A stretch of DNA of 64,000 nucleotides from Podarcis pityusensis (taxonomy: Eukaryota): NCBI GenBank assembly GCA_964106645.2, contig OZ067038.1, one strand, 5' to 3'. Below the pieces are notes generated by a model. It was not told the origin of the DNA. It ran no database searches and saw only the letters and a list, made by a program, of their open reading frames with translations. Of the stretch, positions 51,842-64,000 are shown piece after piece (position 1 is the first letter of the stretch; each line of letters starts with the position of its first letter). The translations under genes were made by a program, and so were the position numbers.

Positions 51842-51987
51842 TGGTGCCATCTTCTTTCCACAAAGCAACCTCAAAGCTATTCCTGCGCGGTTTCTCAGGG
51901 TTCACCATCACCACGATGTCAGGAAAGGTCTGGTGCAGTGCCTCGCTGACCGCATTGGCACTGCGCCCATAGACTCGTCAGCTTTTA
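51842..51987 (-). CDS. SELENOH: Selenoprotein H, coding exon 2 (Sec UGA at 51980-51978)
   Basis: ccacag|T AAA AGC TGA CGA GTC TAT GGG: (C)KSURVYGRSANAVSEALHQTFPDIVVMVNPEKPRRNSFEVALWKEDGT; donor A|gtaagt; 146 nt, phases fit both neighbouring exons. Confidence 0.96.
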
Positions 51988-52260
51988 CTGTGGAATGAAG
52001 AAAAGCTTTCAGAGAACCACCTGAACTGTGATTTGAAAGTCTCTGTTGAACCCATACAGGCACAAAGCAATGAATGGTTTGACTACATGGAAGAAAGCAC
52101 AACCCCACCAGTGTTCAGAGAGTTCAGCCCAAACTTCCCATTCCGTTTTCTACTTCATAGGAGAGATGCAGTATTTAGGGATGAGGTTTCCTGTTCAAAA
52201 ATGTGTTCTTACTAGAGCTGTGGCAATACTCAGTTAAAAAATAATCAATTATAAATTTGG

Positions 52261-52264
52261 TGTA

Positions 52265-52299
<35 letters not shown>

Positions 52300-52316
52300 A
52301 TATATATATATATATA
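52261..52316. repeat. (GT)n(AT)n microsatellite
   Basis: Seen directly. Confidence 0.9.
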
Positions 52317-53126
52317 CCACCTGTGATTAAATCTGCTGACCAATTAAACTTTTAATACTAGTTCTGATACCAGTTTGCTTGGTGCCTACTGTATTGTCAC
52401 TTGCATCTGTAGATGCAATTTTAGTCATACCACATTTATAATTTTAGGGCGTTTATTTTTGTATAAACATTTGAATGGTTTTACTCTTTTTTTAAAACCA
52501 TCCAGGGAATTGGATTCAAGGGTGATATAATAATTACTTATAAAGAAATAAGCAATCAGCCACAGATGGCAAACAACACCTAAAGAGAGTTATTTCCTCC
52601 CAGATGAAGAAAAAGGAGGAAATAATACTTCTACACATACATTATTTAAAACAAAAGCAAAAAAGGTGTGCTCTTTCTTTTGAAACCATTTTTCCCCTCA
52701 GATGCAAATGTATGTAGATTTAATCAATTAAAACTAAAATAATTAATATACTTAAGGGTCGCATCCAATACCATCAGTGTGCTAGCAGTTTTCTCTCTCT
52801 TTCAATGCTGGGCAACAGGTCTGCTGGTAGAACTGCCTCTCATGAATGAAATGTCACAAAACTACCATTACTATTTCTGTCCTTAGGAATTGTATCTGCA
52901 GATGCAAGTCGTTCACTTATGGTACTTCTTGTGCAAAAGGACCCACTATCAGAGCAAATTCAACACTGGCTGACTTTAGGATTGTGCTGGGTGCAACCCC
53001 AAGATTTTTTCTCCCAGGCAGCAGCCAGCTCTACCCAGGAATCCCTTCTAGAAAGCAAAATGCATGAAACAAGCCATGAGGGTCCCATCCTTAGTCAGAT
53101 GATGCAAATAACGGGCAGGTACACAC

Positions 53127-53275
53127 CAATGCTCAATGATCACACGAAAGCCCAATTCTTCATCCTTCTTTGGTTTCTTGGGTGATTCCTCAGCAACATT
53201 CATCTCCACTCCTTCAGATGTTGCAGTCTTGGCCCGAGGTGCCTCTGCCTTCCTCTTCCTCCCTTTGGGGGCCAT
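53127..53275 (-). CDS. SELENOH: Selenoprotein H, coding exon 1 (total 131 aa)
   Basis: MAPKGRKRKAE...FRVIIEH-TG|gtgtgt; RKRK basic motif typical of SelH. Confidence 0.95.
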
Positions 53276-53779
53276 TCTACTACAAAAGCAAACACAGGAG
53301 GGTAGGAAAAATAATGCCCCACTCACCCCACTGGGCTGCACATCTCAATGCATGTGGCCGGCCTTCCTAAGGGGAACAGCCAAGAAGATGAAGCTCCTTC
53401 GGTTTGCTTTTGCTGCCTTATACCAAATCAGATCATGATGCATCTAGCTCTATTGTCTAAAGGGAAGGATAGATCTTCTGCATGCAAAATACTGCATGCA
53501 TGCATGCAAGTAAGCAAGCAAGCAAGCAAGCAAGCAAACTGAGCCTTTCTGCAAAGAACATTATAGTATCAATCCTGACAAAGTAAAATACCCTAATGCC
53601 ATAAGGAGGACACTAGAAAGGCTTAAGTGTTAAGCATTTAGAAATTGGGTTATCAAACCTCTTGCAAAACACAGGAAAATCTATGGAGGTTGATTCACGT
53701 GTACACACTTTCAAGCAAAGAGAATGCGAGCCTTTAAACTAATATTCTTAAAAAACCTTTTAAATTAATTAGTTACACA

Positions 53780-54850
53780 GGGCGGGGTGGGCAGAACGTG
53801 AAAAGTAGTCTTTACTTGCAAACCGCCCAGAGAACTTTTCTGTTAATGGGCGGCATATAAACCAATTGAAATTTAAAGGAAAAGAATTAGGAGAGCTGGT
53901 TATCCCGAAGAAGCGAAGATAACGGCAGAAATAAGCCCCCCCCCCCCAAAAAAGGGCGCCAAAAAAATCCAACTAGAGGAGGAAAAAGCAACAGCAGTTA
54001 ACCAGAGCGGCAGGCAGGATGAAGCCAGCACAGCGTAGAAGCCAATTACCGTAGGAGAGAAGCGCCTACGAAGGACAGAAAGAAAACAGCACGAAGCGTA
54101 TCCCATCGTTGGAGAGAGCCGAAACAAAAGTGATAATAGAGCCAGATTGCAAAAATTCTGGATAGAGACTCCTACCCGTTGCACAAGCGGGCAATCTCCC
54201 CTGGCCTGTCTTCTTTCTTGCAAACAGCGCTCCAGCCCACGCGCAGCAAGAGGACGACAAAGGAAATTACTTCGGCACCAACCACGTGCGCCGATGATGG
54301 GAGGGGAGACCTGGGAATAATAACGCTAAAGTCGGGAAAGTCACAAAGCAGCAGTCTGCTAGCTGGCCAGTTCAGCAAATGGGGCGCCTTCTGAGGATGC
54401 CAGCCTTAGCTATCAAAACGTTTTGTTTTGATGAAAGAATAGCAATCGCAGGACTTTTAACCGCCCCCCCGTTCAAAGAGGTTTTGCAAGGTGGTTGCTA
54501 CCACTTACACAAGCCCCTCTGCAAATCGCGATGAAGTTCTGCAGCAGCCAATCCCGGCTCGCTCCCGGTCCTGGCTTCTAAGGTAGCGTCGCTGGTTTAG
54601 CATTTCGCTGCAATTCCCCGCTTAGTACTGATCGCGGGCAACCAGATTCGTTTTCTTGCGATGAAGCAGTGGAAACATCCGCTGCACCATGCTGGGTTGG
54701 TCCTTCTACAAAAGATCACTTAATGCGGATGATCCCTATGCATGAGTTTTAAATATAGAGGGTTTCCCCGCCCCATCTATTCCGTTATGCTAATTGAAGG
54801 TATAAAAAAGAGCGTGGCAGGGCGCAGGAAGTATTAGAGTTGAGTCATAA
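53780..54850 (-). promoter_or_regulatory. SELENOH: CpG island, probable SELENOH promoter / non-coding first exon
   Basis: CpG-rich segment 0.5-1.5 kb upstream of the acceptor preceding the ATG; candidate donors at ~54048 (ACG|gtaatt) and ~54175 (CGG|gtagga). Confidence 0.65.
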
Positions 54851-54938
54851 ACGCTACTGTTTTGCACTGTTTCGAAGTCACATCGCTATTACCATATAAA
54901 GTTGGCTGTATATTCTAGTAAATAGGCATCAGCTAGGT

Positions 54939-55265
54939 CAGGGGTCTGCAACCTGCGGCTCCGGAGCCGCATGTGGCTCTTTTACACCTTTGCCGTGGCT
55001 CCGGGGCGGATACTAGCGAGGGGAGGAGGCGCATTGTGTGCCCCGACACTCCCCACTGTGGTGGGCGCTGTACTGGCTGTGACGTCGCATGGGGGTGGTG
55101 CGTGCGTTAGTCTGGCACCGTCCTGACGTCACCTTCCCGCCTGCTGTCAGATCGCGGCTCTGGAGATATGTTTTAAATGTCGCAATGGTTTTGCGGCTCC
55201 CAGTTTTTTTTTCTTCAGAAACGGGTCCAAGTGGCTCTTTTTGTCTTAAAGGTTGCAGACCCCTG
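54939..55265. mobile_element. Young hAT MITE
   Basis: TIR caggggtctgcaacct / aggttgcagacccctg; perfect 8-bp TSD agctaggt; CpGs intact. Confidence 0.92.
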
Positions 55266-56708
55266 AGCTAGGTATTGTAAGAACTTCAGTCCGAGGTTTG
55301 CTGTTTAGCGCTCTCTCTTTTGCCTTAAAGAAAATGGGTTTCGTAAAACCAAATTCCCCAAACTCTCCCTATCTTCTAATGCAGTACTCTCTTGTGGCAT
55401 GGCAGCAGGCAAAGGGCAGATCCACACATTCGCAGTACTCCCTCACAACTGATCACATGGGAGTATCTGGTTGAAAGCAGCCATGGGAAGTGATTTCGCA
55501 CTGTCAAGTCATCATATGGCACTGTAGCAAACACAGAACCTTTTGTATTTTTATGTTGTGACCACTCTGTAATCTTTGGATGAAGGGCAGTATACACATT
55601 TGATTAATAAAATATATGTGGGTGAACAGCTCCTACCTTTCTTTAGTAAGACACATCCACCTCCTAAGTTAGGAGCCCCCAACTACTTTTAGGGAACTTT
55701 TTTCCTTATCTACCCTAGCAGAACCACTGCAGTTCCATTGTAAACTTAGCTGCCTGCTTATAGTTCCCGAAGTTTGTGCTATTTTCCTTTCTCTGTTAAT
55801 AGAAGTCATTCCAATGATGATCAGCATGGCATGGCATCCCTATCCTCACTTGTCCTTCTACATCATGCTTTCCAAATTGTTCCCATTTCTCAAATCTTTG
55901 TCTCTGATTGCATCTGCCTTTAATTAGGAGGAAACAATATAGGCATCAGAAGCACAAGCTGGCATTCTGATCTAAGCAAGGTCCTTTTTATTCCTTTCTT
56001 ACAGGGTTACCGTTATAGTGCTGCCACTCTGTGGCCTACACTGTCCTTTCACATCTGGCTTGGCAGTGGTGTCTTTTTTGGCCCAGCGTATGAACAGTTG
56101 CATGTCTGGGGAAGACAAAAGCAATGCCTTTGCATGTGTGAGGAACAGCAGTACATCAGATGATCAGAGGAAGCTGAGGGCAGTTATTCTTCAAACACAA
56201 TTTCTTTTTTCTTTAAAGGTTTAAAAGCAGGTGTGGGGGGAGTCTGGATTGGTACTATGGTGCAAGGTGTTAACCCTTCCCCTAATTCAGCCTCACAGAC
56301 AGTTTTCCCCAGGGTGAAAACATACACCTATCTATATGATTGGCCTCAGCTGACTATTTAGGAGGGGAAATTTTAATAAGGAAAATAGAAGACGAAGACT
56401 TCAATCTCTCCCCCCCGCTCCATTGTAGTCCAGCTTCAAACTGATGCCTCCTTCATCTAAAAAATGGTGGAGACCATAGTTGCGAGTTTTCCAAGATCTT
56501 CCCAGCAACTCAGCCAGCATGCTTACAGCCTGATAGAGAGCACCAAGAAGGATAGCGTAGCAAAGCCCCCATCCCATACAGAAGAGTCGAGCCCTAAACA
56601 GTGAAGAAAATTTACTTGGACACTACAAAACATCCTTTTTTAAAAAAAAAAAAAAAGTACAGAATGCCCTGAGACCTATGGATGAAGGGACAGTATAGAA
56701 ATTTAATA

Positions 56709-56761
56709 AATAATAATGATGATGATGATGATGATGATGATGATAATAATAATAATAATAA
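56709..56761. repeat. (TGA)n(TAA)n microsatellite
   Basis: Seen directly. Confidence 0.9.
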
Positions 56762-56835
56762 GCAAATGCAGACTGTGGTCATAGTCCAACTCAGAAACAA
56801 AAAGAAGGCCCCAGAAGAAGACATTCCCAAGTTTG

Positions 56836-56841
56836 TTTATT
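56836..56841 (-). terminator. TMX2: Candidate TMX2 polyadenylation signal
   Basis: First AATAAA I found on the minus strand downstream of the stop codon (~1 kb 3'UTR). Confidence 0.5.
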
Positions 56842-57821
56842 AGAGATAGCCGTATAAGACAATTAACAGAAGTGTGAAGGTGGATGAGTACAGTGAAGTG
56901 GAGCTTGTTCCTATCCACGAACAAGCTCCCTGGGTTGGAAATGGAGTTAGCAGCTATAAGAACCCTGTCAATTATGACTCTGGACGGCAGAAGCAGCTAC
57001 TCCTCCAGTTTGGGGGCAGGAGGGACCCCCTTCTTACTGCACACCCTCAGCATATTACACCACGCAAGCAGCTGATGATGATGATGCAGAGAACAGGAAA
57101 TCCATAAGGACTGCATGGCTGCTGCTTACTCTCTGGCACAGCAGCACTTTCAAGTTCAGCAAAGAAACGTTGTACGTCCACCCATCGGCTTTTAAAGCCC
57201 AAAACTTATGGGAAGAGACCACGTAAGCTCTGTTGTCAGTACAGTAGAGGGCAGTGGGTAGCAAGTAGTCAAAACTGGTCAATGATACCTGTAGCTTCTC
57301 AGCCACAGATACGACCCTGCATAAAACCAATTCAAACAGGAGTGAGGTGTCACAGCTTTGACAGGAGGGAGTCAATTCCACCGAAAGTGGTGATTCCTCC
57401 CATCCTGCCCATTTACAGTGTCCACTGAGTTCTTGCTCCCCGCCCCCCCCATAGCTCTTATTCATTGCCAGAGAAGCCTGCAGCCCCACATCTAGATGCA
57501 GAAACAGGTTCTAGCTTCTATAGAGTTGCGCCACATCTTATCTTGCTGAAACTGCACCTAGCAACTCCTGGAAGGAGGATCAGGGGATGGGGGGAGAAAC
57601 GTGTAGCTGCCAGCAGAGAGGCACTGAGCCCAGGAGGATAAAAGCTCCCTGGCAACTACACTCAGAAGATAGAAGCTCCCTGGCATGTACAATCATCTCC
57701 CAGCACCAGCGTTGTGGGCGAAAGCAGCTTGTGGCTGATGTCCCAGGAGAGAGATCAGAATGGCAATGGAAGAGGAATGGGGAGCTAAACAGTAAAGGAA
57801 CACAGTCCAGTCCTCCGGGCT

Positions 57822-57965
57822 CTATTTGTCCTTCTTGCTCTCTCCATTGGGGACCTCAGGGACAGCAGGCTGTTCTGGAGACTCCTCTGGGACCTCAGGC
57901 TGCTTAGACACTTTCTTGGCTCTCTGGTACAGCTCATTCAAGTTGAATTCCCGAATCACATTCTC
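57822..57965 (-). CDS. TMX2: Thioredoxin-related transmembrane protein 2, exon 8 (last)
   Basis: cacag|[47 protein letters not shown]; KKxx ER-retrieval signal. Confidence 0.95.
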   Translation of the reverse strand, partial: ENVIREFNLNELYQRAKKVSKQPEVPEESPEQPAVPEVPNGESKKDK

Positions 57966-58070
57966 CTGTGACAAAAAGAAAGATCAGCATTGTTTTGTGT
58001 TACCTTGTACTGATCCCCAGCTTAATACAAGGCGCACATCTGATATTGACAGCATACAAATGAAACTTCA

Positions 58071-58262
<192 letters not shown>

Positions 58263-58582
58263 CTAGCCAGAGACTGATGTGGGCCAGGAAATTTTCTAGT
58301 GTTTTGTTTTTCCTTCAGGAAATATTGTTCCATAGGTTCATTAGTCATAATGAATGCCTACTACAAATAATTATTAGGTCACCATAGCTGATTCTAAGTT
58401 TTTAGCCTTGTTTATTAGATTCAAGTAAAATAAACATGCTAATATGAATTACTCACAACACTGCATCTCCTCTTCCCACACTGCCCTGCTAGTGCAAAAC
58501 AAGTTTTCATGATGCTACATATCACAGACCTAGCCTTGTGGTCTTCCTCATTCTCCCAAGGTTCCTACAGCAAATAGCTCAC

Positions 58583-58648
58583 CTGGTGCTCACATCAGGG
58601 TAGCGGCCCACATCCACCTTCCCAAAGTTCAATCCGGTGCAGTTGTAT
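58583..58648 (-). CDS. TMX2: TMX2 exon 6
   Basis: (K)YNCTGLNFGKVDVGRYPDVST; 66 nt, ag/gt. Confidence 0.95.
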
Positions 58649-58744
58649 CTGGGGAGGCACAGCAATGGTTAGTATGCAGGCAGAAACACCATGAAACAAA
58701 GTAGATGCTTATTATTTCATTAATGGTCACATCCTGTTTTCTTC

Positions 58745-58860
58745 CTGCATGGAACTCAAGGCAGCATACATATGTGTCCCAGACACTTTCCTATCCAGAC
58801 ACTAACCAAACCTAGATGATCTCAGCTTCAACCAAGGTTGTGGCATCATGTGCTTTCAGA
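58745..58860 (-). mobile_element. Possible 5S rRNA-derived SINE remnant
   Basis: Minus strand gaagctgag...tggttagtgtctggataggaaagtgtctggga resembles the 5S internal control region (agctaag...tggttagtacttggatgggagaccgcctggga). Confidence 0.45.
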
Positions 58861-59932
58861 CAATAACACAGAATATTAAAGAACACGGAAGGCACAGCCT
58901 TAAGCTGATTCCAAGGGCTTTCTCCCTTCTCTCAAGTTTGAACTACTCCTCTGATTAAGCACTGGGAAGCTTTAGATTTTACTGTGTTGAGTTATACAGC
59001 CACCCTTTTCCTGCTTATGCAACCACGACGTTGATGTATAACTCAACTCTACAGGGACTAAAAATGAAAACACTTTCTACACTAAGGCCATCTACTGGTC
59101 ATTGCTGGAAGCAATGGGTTGCTTCAAAAAAAGCCATCGGCAGCCAGGCCCTTGCCAAGAGCCACTTAAAGAGTAATCCTTCACTTTGGTACCTCAGTAC
59201 AAGGGGGGTGGGGGGAGGCCTTTGCCTCAGTTGAATGTATGGTGGGGTCACCAGAATCTCCTATGGAGTTTTATCCAGAAACTGCCAGTAGCTAATGAGC
59301 TATTGCCACCATCCATTTCCCATTAGTTCAACTACTAGGTCTCATAAACCTCAGAATGGGAACCACAAATAAAGTAAACTCTCTTGGGAACTAATTTTCA
59401 TCAATTTTAAATTGACATTCTGTAGAAAGGATTAGCACTAACCTTCTGCAACCACAAGGGCCTGGATTCATGGACATTCCCTATTTGTTAAGGTTCCTTC
59501 CCATTAAAGTTTGCTTTAGAGGATACTAAATTTTCCTCTTTTAAACCATAACTTGCATGGCTATAGTAAAACTCTTTCTTAAAAGCCAGCAGTACATCAG
59601 GGGCTGCAATCAGAATAACCTGGTGAGTTTATCTTTGTTCACCCAACAAATGAACTATTGTAACTTAGAAATATAATAAGAAGAATAAGAATAAGCCACT
59701 TTTTATCCATAGATTTCAGGGCAGTTCACAGCATAAAAATACACACTCACCTTAGCCCAATAGTTATCACACTGGAACATACTGGACTCAATGCCTTTCT
59801 GTACCCTTCAGCACAACAAAAATGCTGAGTCCTGGAGGTAAAGTATGCATCACACTTTAGGCATCACACGTGCCTGAAGTCTGCCTGCCCCTGCGCTAAG
59901 ACACCATACTTTATTAAAGAGTAAACCACTCA

Positions 59933-60079
<147 letters not shown>

Positions 60080-60596
60080 TCAAATGTCCACATACAACAC
60101 TCCAATAGAGTTGAAAGGATACAGAAGGACAATCCCTATCCTGAGGCAGGATCACACAACCATCAACTCTTCTCTAACCTGGTGCCCTCCAACATGGTTT
60201 GTATTCCAGTTCCCATCAGCCCCAGCCAGCATGGCCAGTGGGAATGGATGACAAGAGTTACACCTTAATAATACCTGGAGGGCACCAGGTTGGGGAAAGG
60301 TGCTGCACAGGAGGACCAGCAATCACAATCCAAACCCATAGAGTTCCAGGAGTTGAGAGGCACTGGCAAAGAACAGGAGGTTATCAGTAGAAGCCTGCTG
60401 GATCCGAGCAGCCAGTCCAGCACCCTCTCTTACGGTGCCCAACCAGATGCCTATGGGAAGCCCACAAGGGCAGAGTGTAACAGCACTTTCCTTACTTGTG
60501 CTTCCTAGGAACTAGGATTCAGATGCAAACCACCTCCAATATTGGAGGCAGTACACAACCATCATGGAGTAGGTCCAAATAGTTCATATACTAGGC

Positions 60597-60846
60597 CAGG
60601 GGTGGCCAACTCCCAAGAGACTGCAATCTACTCACAGAGTTAAAAACTGGCAGTGATTGACCCCCTTTTTTGGGGTTCAGGTCAAAGTTGTTGAGTTTTT
60701 TCAGGGAGGAGGTAAATTGTTGAACTTTTTTTAGGGGAGCCACAGTTGTTGAGCTTCTTTGGGGGGAGCCAATGATCTACCAGTGATCTACCGCAGACGT
60801 CCAGTGATCTACCGGTAGATCACAATCTACCTGTTGGACATGCCTG
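60597..60846. mobile_element. hAT MITE with internal short repeats
   Basis: TIR caggggtggccaac / gttggacatgcctg; perfect 8-bp TSD tactaggc; gatctacc and gttgttgag repeats. Confidence 0.88.
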
Positions 60847-61235
60847 TACTAGGCTACATCCAACATTCATGCTTGCACTTCTCTCTGTGTTTAAGACTAT
60901 CTGGAAAGTGCTCCCTTTGTCTGAACTTCAGAGCTCAGGGCAATGCTTTTTCAGTTGGGCTGAACCAGTCCCATTCCACCACCACTAACCAACTGACTGC
61001 CAATGACACTCTTTGTTCAGATCTTCTTAGGTCTCAATACTCTCAGTTCTCGTGTGAATATGTACCATTTCTATAAAATATTTAAAATATTTAATATTCC
61101 ATATCTATAAACAAAATTTCCACAATGTTCACAGGGCGGTAAGACTGCATGCAACTTTTTTTTTAAAAAAACAATCAGCAAGAGGAAACAGCGGTACAGA
61201 ATAACAAACTTGGGGCCTCCTTAAGCAGAACTAAT

Positions 61236-61430
61236 GCGGTGCAATGGTTAGATAAAGTGTCAAAGTAGAACCTGGAAGATCGGGGTCAAATCTGCACTCA
61301 GTAGTGAAGCTCAGTGAGGGACCTTGGGCCAGACACTTTCTCTCTGACCAATCTACCTCAGAAGGTAGTTATGAGAACAAAGTGTGTATGTGAATGTATA
61401 GAATATATGCCTCCTTGAGCTCCAAGAAAG
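61236..61430 (+). mobile_element. tRNA-derived CORE-type SINE (Squam2/MIR-like)
   Basis: ggtgcaatggttaga...gggtcaaatc...gaccttgggccagacac...ctacctcagaaggtagttatgag. Confidence 0.65.
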
Positions 61431-61724
61431 AAAAGGTAGAACATACAGTTGGAGCAGCAACAGTGACCATCTACGGCCTGGGAAGTGGACAGTTATCATC
61501 ATCATCTCTCTGCTGGTTCCGTCACTGCTGCTGCCAGAAAAAGCCGGGAGCTGCAGACTATCCAGTTGCCCGAAAATAAATGTTCCAGATCCAGGGACAA
61601 AAGTGGGAGGGGAGCATATTTTCCAAGGTGGTCACTGTGGAACCTTGTTGAAGCAGTGTCTCCTTTTCAGCCAGCACTGCCCATTTCTGTTTTAACAAGG
61701 GTTTTTATTGTGTTCATTTTTTTA

Positions 61725-62205
<481 letters not shown>

Positions 62206-62685
62206 GTTTAGCACTATGCTGGGATGGGATTAGGAAGCTGCTTTAAATGGGACCAGAGTGTTTGTCCACCTACTACAGTACTGTCTATTAAAATGACTAG
62301 CAGTTGCTCTCCAAGGTAGGTACTCTACAAAAGCTGTGGCTCCTCCCTGCTTTTGAGATTGGCAGAATTCTCAAAAGCTTCCCTGGATTATATTCTCCTC
62401 TTGCCAGGAATGAAGATTCCTCCAGCCCACAGCCCTCCTCCAATAGCTCAAGAAAATGGAATTCAGACAGCAGGTTCCAGCTGCAGTGTTAGATATGGCA
62501 ATCATGGGGTAGTCTTTACTTCCACTTAATGCAAGCTGGCATTGCCCTATAAACAAAAATAATGCCCCAAAATAGAGGAATTATGCAGAACTGGTGGATT
62601 TTGCATCTAAAGTCCTATTATTTATGTTGTCCAAGTCCTCCTCAATTGATAGAACTAGAACTAGGATATAACTAGGATGACTCAC

Positions 62686-62799
62686 CTATACAGAGGGTGA
62701 GGTAGAGCAGTCCCATTCTGATGTCAAGGCGGAAAAAAAGGATGACGTTGGCTACTTTGCTGAACATGAAGATGTTTCCCACATGCTGGTCCACAGTAA
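62686..62799 (-). CDS. TMX2: TMX2 exon 3
   Basis: (I)[37 protein letters not shown]; acceptor ctctctcaag, donor gtgagt; 114 nt. Confidence 0.96.
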
Positions 62800-63635
62800 C
62801 TTGAGAGAGAGAAAGAGGCACATTCTTATGGCTGATATTATCTGTATCACTGCTAGGCCCAGTAACAAGCTGGAATTTTGACTGAAGCTTAACTTTTAAA
62901 AAATTTGTGGAAGCTTTCTGTGCAAGACAGATTACATATTTAGAATGCCTTTTGATAGATACACACACACGGTGTAGTTTTCAAGGTATGTGGGAGTTTC
63001 TCGTCAAACGAGTGCTGTCCTAGGCTAACATTGTACAGTTTTGTATTTTACAGCACTTGCTGTAGCTTTCTACATTTGCCTACAGGTCATTCCTGCTTCC
63101 CATATCATTTCAAGCTAAACCCCACATTCTGCATATCCTTTCATCTTAGGCAGTCACTGTTCTCTGCTATATTCTTATCACCTCCATGTTGACCTTCACT
63201 TAATCTCACCCATAATACACCAAGTCTTGGCACATGGAAGCTTTGCCCCGCTGGCCTCCATATCTTTGTATTATGGAACAGAAAACAAAAGAAATAGACA
63301 GGTCACCTTCTGAAGCCACTCCTACAGCAGGAATGCACAGGGACAATGCACCGATTGTGGCAGAGGAACAAGGGCCTAGCAGCAGCCATTCATCTTAAAA
63401 CTTTTCAAATCATTTAGGTGCTTTCTGTTTCTGTGTGAATTTTTGACACAACCTCATCCCACTTACACCCCATTCTGTACCAGCTATTTGTTCAAAATAT
63501 ACTGACTGGACCATATTGATTTTAAAGAAAATAAGATTTCGATAAAGGTTAAAGCCAGCTGTGAAATCTTTGTTTTCTGAATCATTTGTAAGCTTTACTC
63601 CAAAAAGAGAGAGATAAAGAACAAGCATTACTTAC

Positions 63636-63696
63636 TGGATCTGCGGTTCTTCATCATCACAATGGCACTGAGGAACATAAGAATCTCCACCTCGCG
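63636..63696 (-). CDS. TMX2: TMX2 exon 2 (exon 1 lies beyond the window)
   Basis: tttttag|[21 protein letters not shown]|gtaagt; 61 nt. Confidence 0.96.
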
Positions 63697-64000
63697 CTAA
63701 AAAGAAAGATGGCAGTAAGTGGTTGTACAAGCAGTGGGGAAAAGGGACCAGCTGGCCTGTCCTTAGAGCAGATGTCACATTTATCCATCATCTAGCTAGC
63801 CATACTGCCAGTTCCAAAGGAAGCTTACAGTTGCTTGGAAGTTTCAGGACCACAAACCAAGCAGGTGCACAATGAAATAAAACTAGAGCTAACTTTTATG
63901 TGACGGCATATGCAAGGATCACTCTTATTTTGTACATTTAGTAAATTGTGCAAGTGCTCTATGTTACTTTTTTCTTGTTACATGAAAAACAAATTATGCA

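Noticed and set aside
51978-51980. SELENOH as a pseudogene with a premature stop
   Set aside because: The TGA is at the conserved CxxU position, the frame is intact and a SECIS is present.
53276-53341. N-terminal extension MQPSGV... of SELENOH in the ORF track
   Set aside because: Runs through a polypyrimidine tract and acceptor; homology begins at MAPKGRKRK.
60680-60830. CRISPR-like spaced short repeats
   Set aside because: Eukaryotic DNA, irregular spacing, inside a TIR/TSD-bounded MITE, no cas genes.

Overview
Vertebrate genomic DNA from a squamate reptile; the repeat content (Sauria/Squam SINEs, L2, CR1, hAT MITEs) suggests a lacertid lizard. The window is the conserved CTNND1 - BTBD18 - SELENOH - TMX2 block known from human 11q12, here in reverse orientation. 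1-24.6 kb is CTNND1 intron 1 (minus strand), with non-coding exon 1 and a CpG-island promoter at ~24-25.9 kb. BTBD18 (+) is complete: 2 coding exons, 712 aa. SELENOH (-) is complete: 3 coding exons, 131 aa, in-frame UGA=Sec in a CKSU motif, a type-2 SECIS in a separate 3'UTR exon, and a candidate stem-loop just after the UGA. TMX2 (-) exons 2-8 are present; exon 1 is off the right edge. A ~4 kb near-identical direct repeat flanking a 200-N gap is most likely an assembly false duplication. Almost all other ORF-track entries are spurious. I found no wholly new multi-gene system. The most promising new hypotheses are two WDR5-binding-like motifs at the BTBD18 C-terminus, the SELENOH recoding hairpin, and a young CRE-bearing hAT MITE beside the SELENOH promoter. 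Orthologue comparisons are from memory, not from a search.
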